Part shown: positions 61,701 through 64,000 of the stretch, piece by piece | Layout of the letters: every line of letters starts with the position of its first letter | Position numbering within the stretch: the first letter of the stretch is position 1 | Source of the DNA: Balanoglossus misakiensis | Lineage: Eukaryota; Animalia; Hemichordata | Length of the DNA stretch: 64,000 nucleotides | Direction: 5' to 3' | Assembly (NCBI GenBank): GCA_040954595.2 | Contig: CM082579.2 | Location: forward strand, 16,034,550 to 16,098,549 | Program-made: the position numbers and the translations under genes | The notes under the pieces: model-generated | Databases searched by the model: none | Told to the model about the DNA's origin: nothing | What the model saw: the letters and a program-made list of their open reading frames with translations, nothing else

Positions 61701-64000
61701 TCATATTTAAACAATTGCTTGTATGTTAAAAGTTTTTATGACTTTTAAAAGCAGTGACACTGGCGGCATTCATCACGAAAATAACAATTTTAGCCACAAT
61801 TTGGTCAAAATGATAAATTTTTGAAAATTACAAAAAAATACCTGTTTTCTACATTTTCGGAAATCTGATGGAGTATAGAATGCTCTTCGTATGTATATAT
61901 TGATACAAATTCCACAAAAGACCGTCTAATTTGGCTCACTGCAGACAAAATTGCGTTTTACCAAATTTTCCTTGAAAATATCATTTTTAGAAAAAAAAAT
62001 AAAAAAACCTTTGTTCTTCGAATTTGGTGCCCTGATCATATATGACATGTTGATTGTATGTTAAAACTCTCGACCACTCCAAAAATGCAGAGATATTGAC
62101 GGAATTCAAGAAAAATAGCCATTTTGGCCATATTTTGACAAAAATGGTAAATTTTTGAAAAATCATAAAAAATTAACTCTTTTCTTCATTTTCGGAAATA
62201 TTATGGAGCATGAAGTGTCGTTCTCTTGTAAAATGTGCTGCAAATTCCAGAAAAGGCGGTATAATTTGAATCACCCAAGACAAAATTGCAATTTTTCGAC
62301 TTTTTTTCGAAAAATTGTCTTTTTTACAAAATAAATAAGAATAAATTCTTTTCTTAGTTTCAAACGGGTAGAGATACTTTCCACACGGGTTTTCTAACAT
62401 TGAATTCCCGTTCATCAACTCAGATTTCCTACAGCATAAGTCGGCTAAAACCCTGACACTCTAGAGCAGAAACAGTTGCACACTGGTAACGTTGAACAAG
62501 TCGATTTTTCTACGGCCTGGCTCGGCTAAATCTCCGTCACAATATGACAGACACTAGCGTACGTTAGCAACGGTGATCAAGTCAGATTTTCTACGGCATG
62601 GCTTGGATAAAGCCCCGGCACTCTAGAGCAGAAACACGCGTACAGAGACCACGTTGATCAAGTCTGATCTCCTACGGCTTGGCTCGACTAAAACCCCGGC
62701 ACACTATGACAGACATTAGCGTTCGTTAGCAACGTTGATCAAGTCAGATTTCCTACGGCATGGCTTGGCTAAAGCCCTGGCACTCTAGAGCAGAAACACG
62801 CGTACAGAGACCACGTTGATCTACTCACATTTCCTTCGGCCTGGCACGGCTGATGCCCCGGCACTATATATAGGACACAAACTGGCGTAAGTTAACAACG
62901 GTAATCACGTCGGGTTTCCCACGGCCTGGCTCAGCTGAAGCCCCGGCACTCTAGAGCAGAAACAGGCGTACATTGACCACGTTGATCAAGTCAGATTTCA
63001 TACGGCGTGACTCGGCTGGTGCACCGGCTCTATATGACACAGACTGGCGTAAGTTATCAACGGTGATTACATCGGATTTCCTACGGCCTGGTTTAGCTGA
63101 AGCCCCGGCACTTTAGAGCGGAAACACGCGTACATTGACCACGATGATCAAGTCAGATCTCCTACGGCCTGGCTCGACTAAAACCCCGGCACACCATGAC
63201 AGACACTAGCGTTCGTTAGCAACGGTGATCAAGTCGGATTTCCTTCGGCCTGGCTCTGCAAAAGACCCGACACTCTAGTACAAAGACGTTGGCTAAGTCG
63301 GGCAAACCGAACAGGGAAAGTCACAGCGGGTCAACACTCGACATTTGTTCCGGTAGGACTGCATTATTGCCTGTCAATTTATAGAGAAAGCCCGAATTTA
63401 ACCAGGGCGTTTCAAACACCGACGTTAGTTGGGGGCACGGCCTGCAGTACTGCCGGGTAAGCTGACATCAGCGTACCGCATATAATGTAGGGGGGGGAAC
63501 AGAACGGTTCAATACTACATTTATCAGATATCAGCTAATTTTTGACAATCATCTAAAATGTAAATCATCTTTTCATATTTGGATGATGTATGAAATTTCC
63601 ATTATATGTAAAAATGGTGCTGATTATAAAAATGCACTCTGAATGAGCTGATTTAATACAAAATTGCGTTTTATTCGTTTTTGCACCAAAAAGGTCAACA
63701 CTCGACATATGTTCCGGTAGGACTGCATTATTGCCTGTCAATTTATAGAGAAAGCCCGAATTTAACGAGGGCGTTTCAAACACCGACGTTAGTTGGGGGC
63801 ACGGCCTGCAGTACTGCCGGGTAAGCTGACATCAGCGTACCGCATATAATGTAGGGGGGGGGGGACAGAACGGTTCAATACTACATTTATCAGATATCAG
63901 CTAATTTTTGACAATCATCTAAAATGTAAATCATCTTTTCATATTTGGATGATGTATGAAATTTCCATTATATGTAAAAATGGTGCTGATTATAAAAATG

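Larger units (their letters stand above)
41306..64000. repeat. Composite macrosatellite array, right part (~11 units)
   Basis: Poly-G landmarks at ~41596, 43483, 45452, 47702, 49754, 51310, 53533, 55603, 57662, 59552, 61441 and 63489. Confidence 0.97.

Overview
This is eukaryotic (animal, probably marine invertebrate) heterochromatic DNA, not prokaryotic. The background is a composite ~1.55-2.25 kb macrosatellite: a GC-rich block of 81-bp subrepeats, a poly-G tract, and an AT-rich block of ~330-bp subrepeats. Inserted in it is a ~25.9 kb DNA transposon (15386-41305) with 225-bp TIRs starting TATGG, a 6-bp ACAGAC target-site duplication and subterminal repeat arrays. I hand-spliced a 12-exon minus-strand IS3/integrase-type DDE transposase (IS3EU-like), which the ORF track shows only in fragments. 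The element also carries two convergent plus-strand cargo genes: an intronless BTB-BACK-PHR gene and a 9-exon, 388-aa gene with a putative C-terminal UBX-like domain. Transposase introns contain a LINE of the CR1/L2 group with both ORFs intact, and a Penelope-like element with an inverted 3' copy and two hammerhead ribozymes. A near-identical 7.47-kb tandem duplication (5184-12651 / 12652-20121) copies the left transposon end, the BTB gene and satellite. All gene models and family assignments come from reading the sequence; no searches were run.
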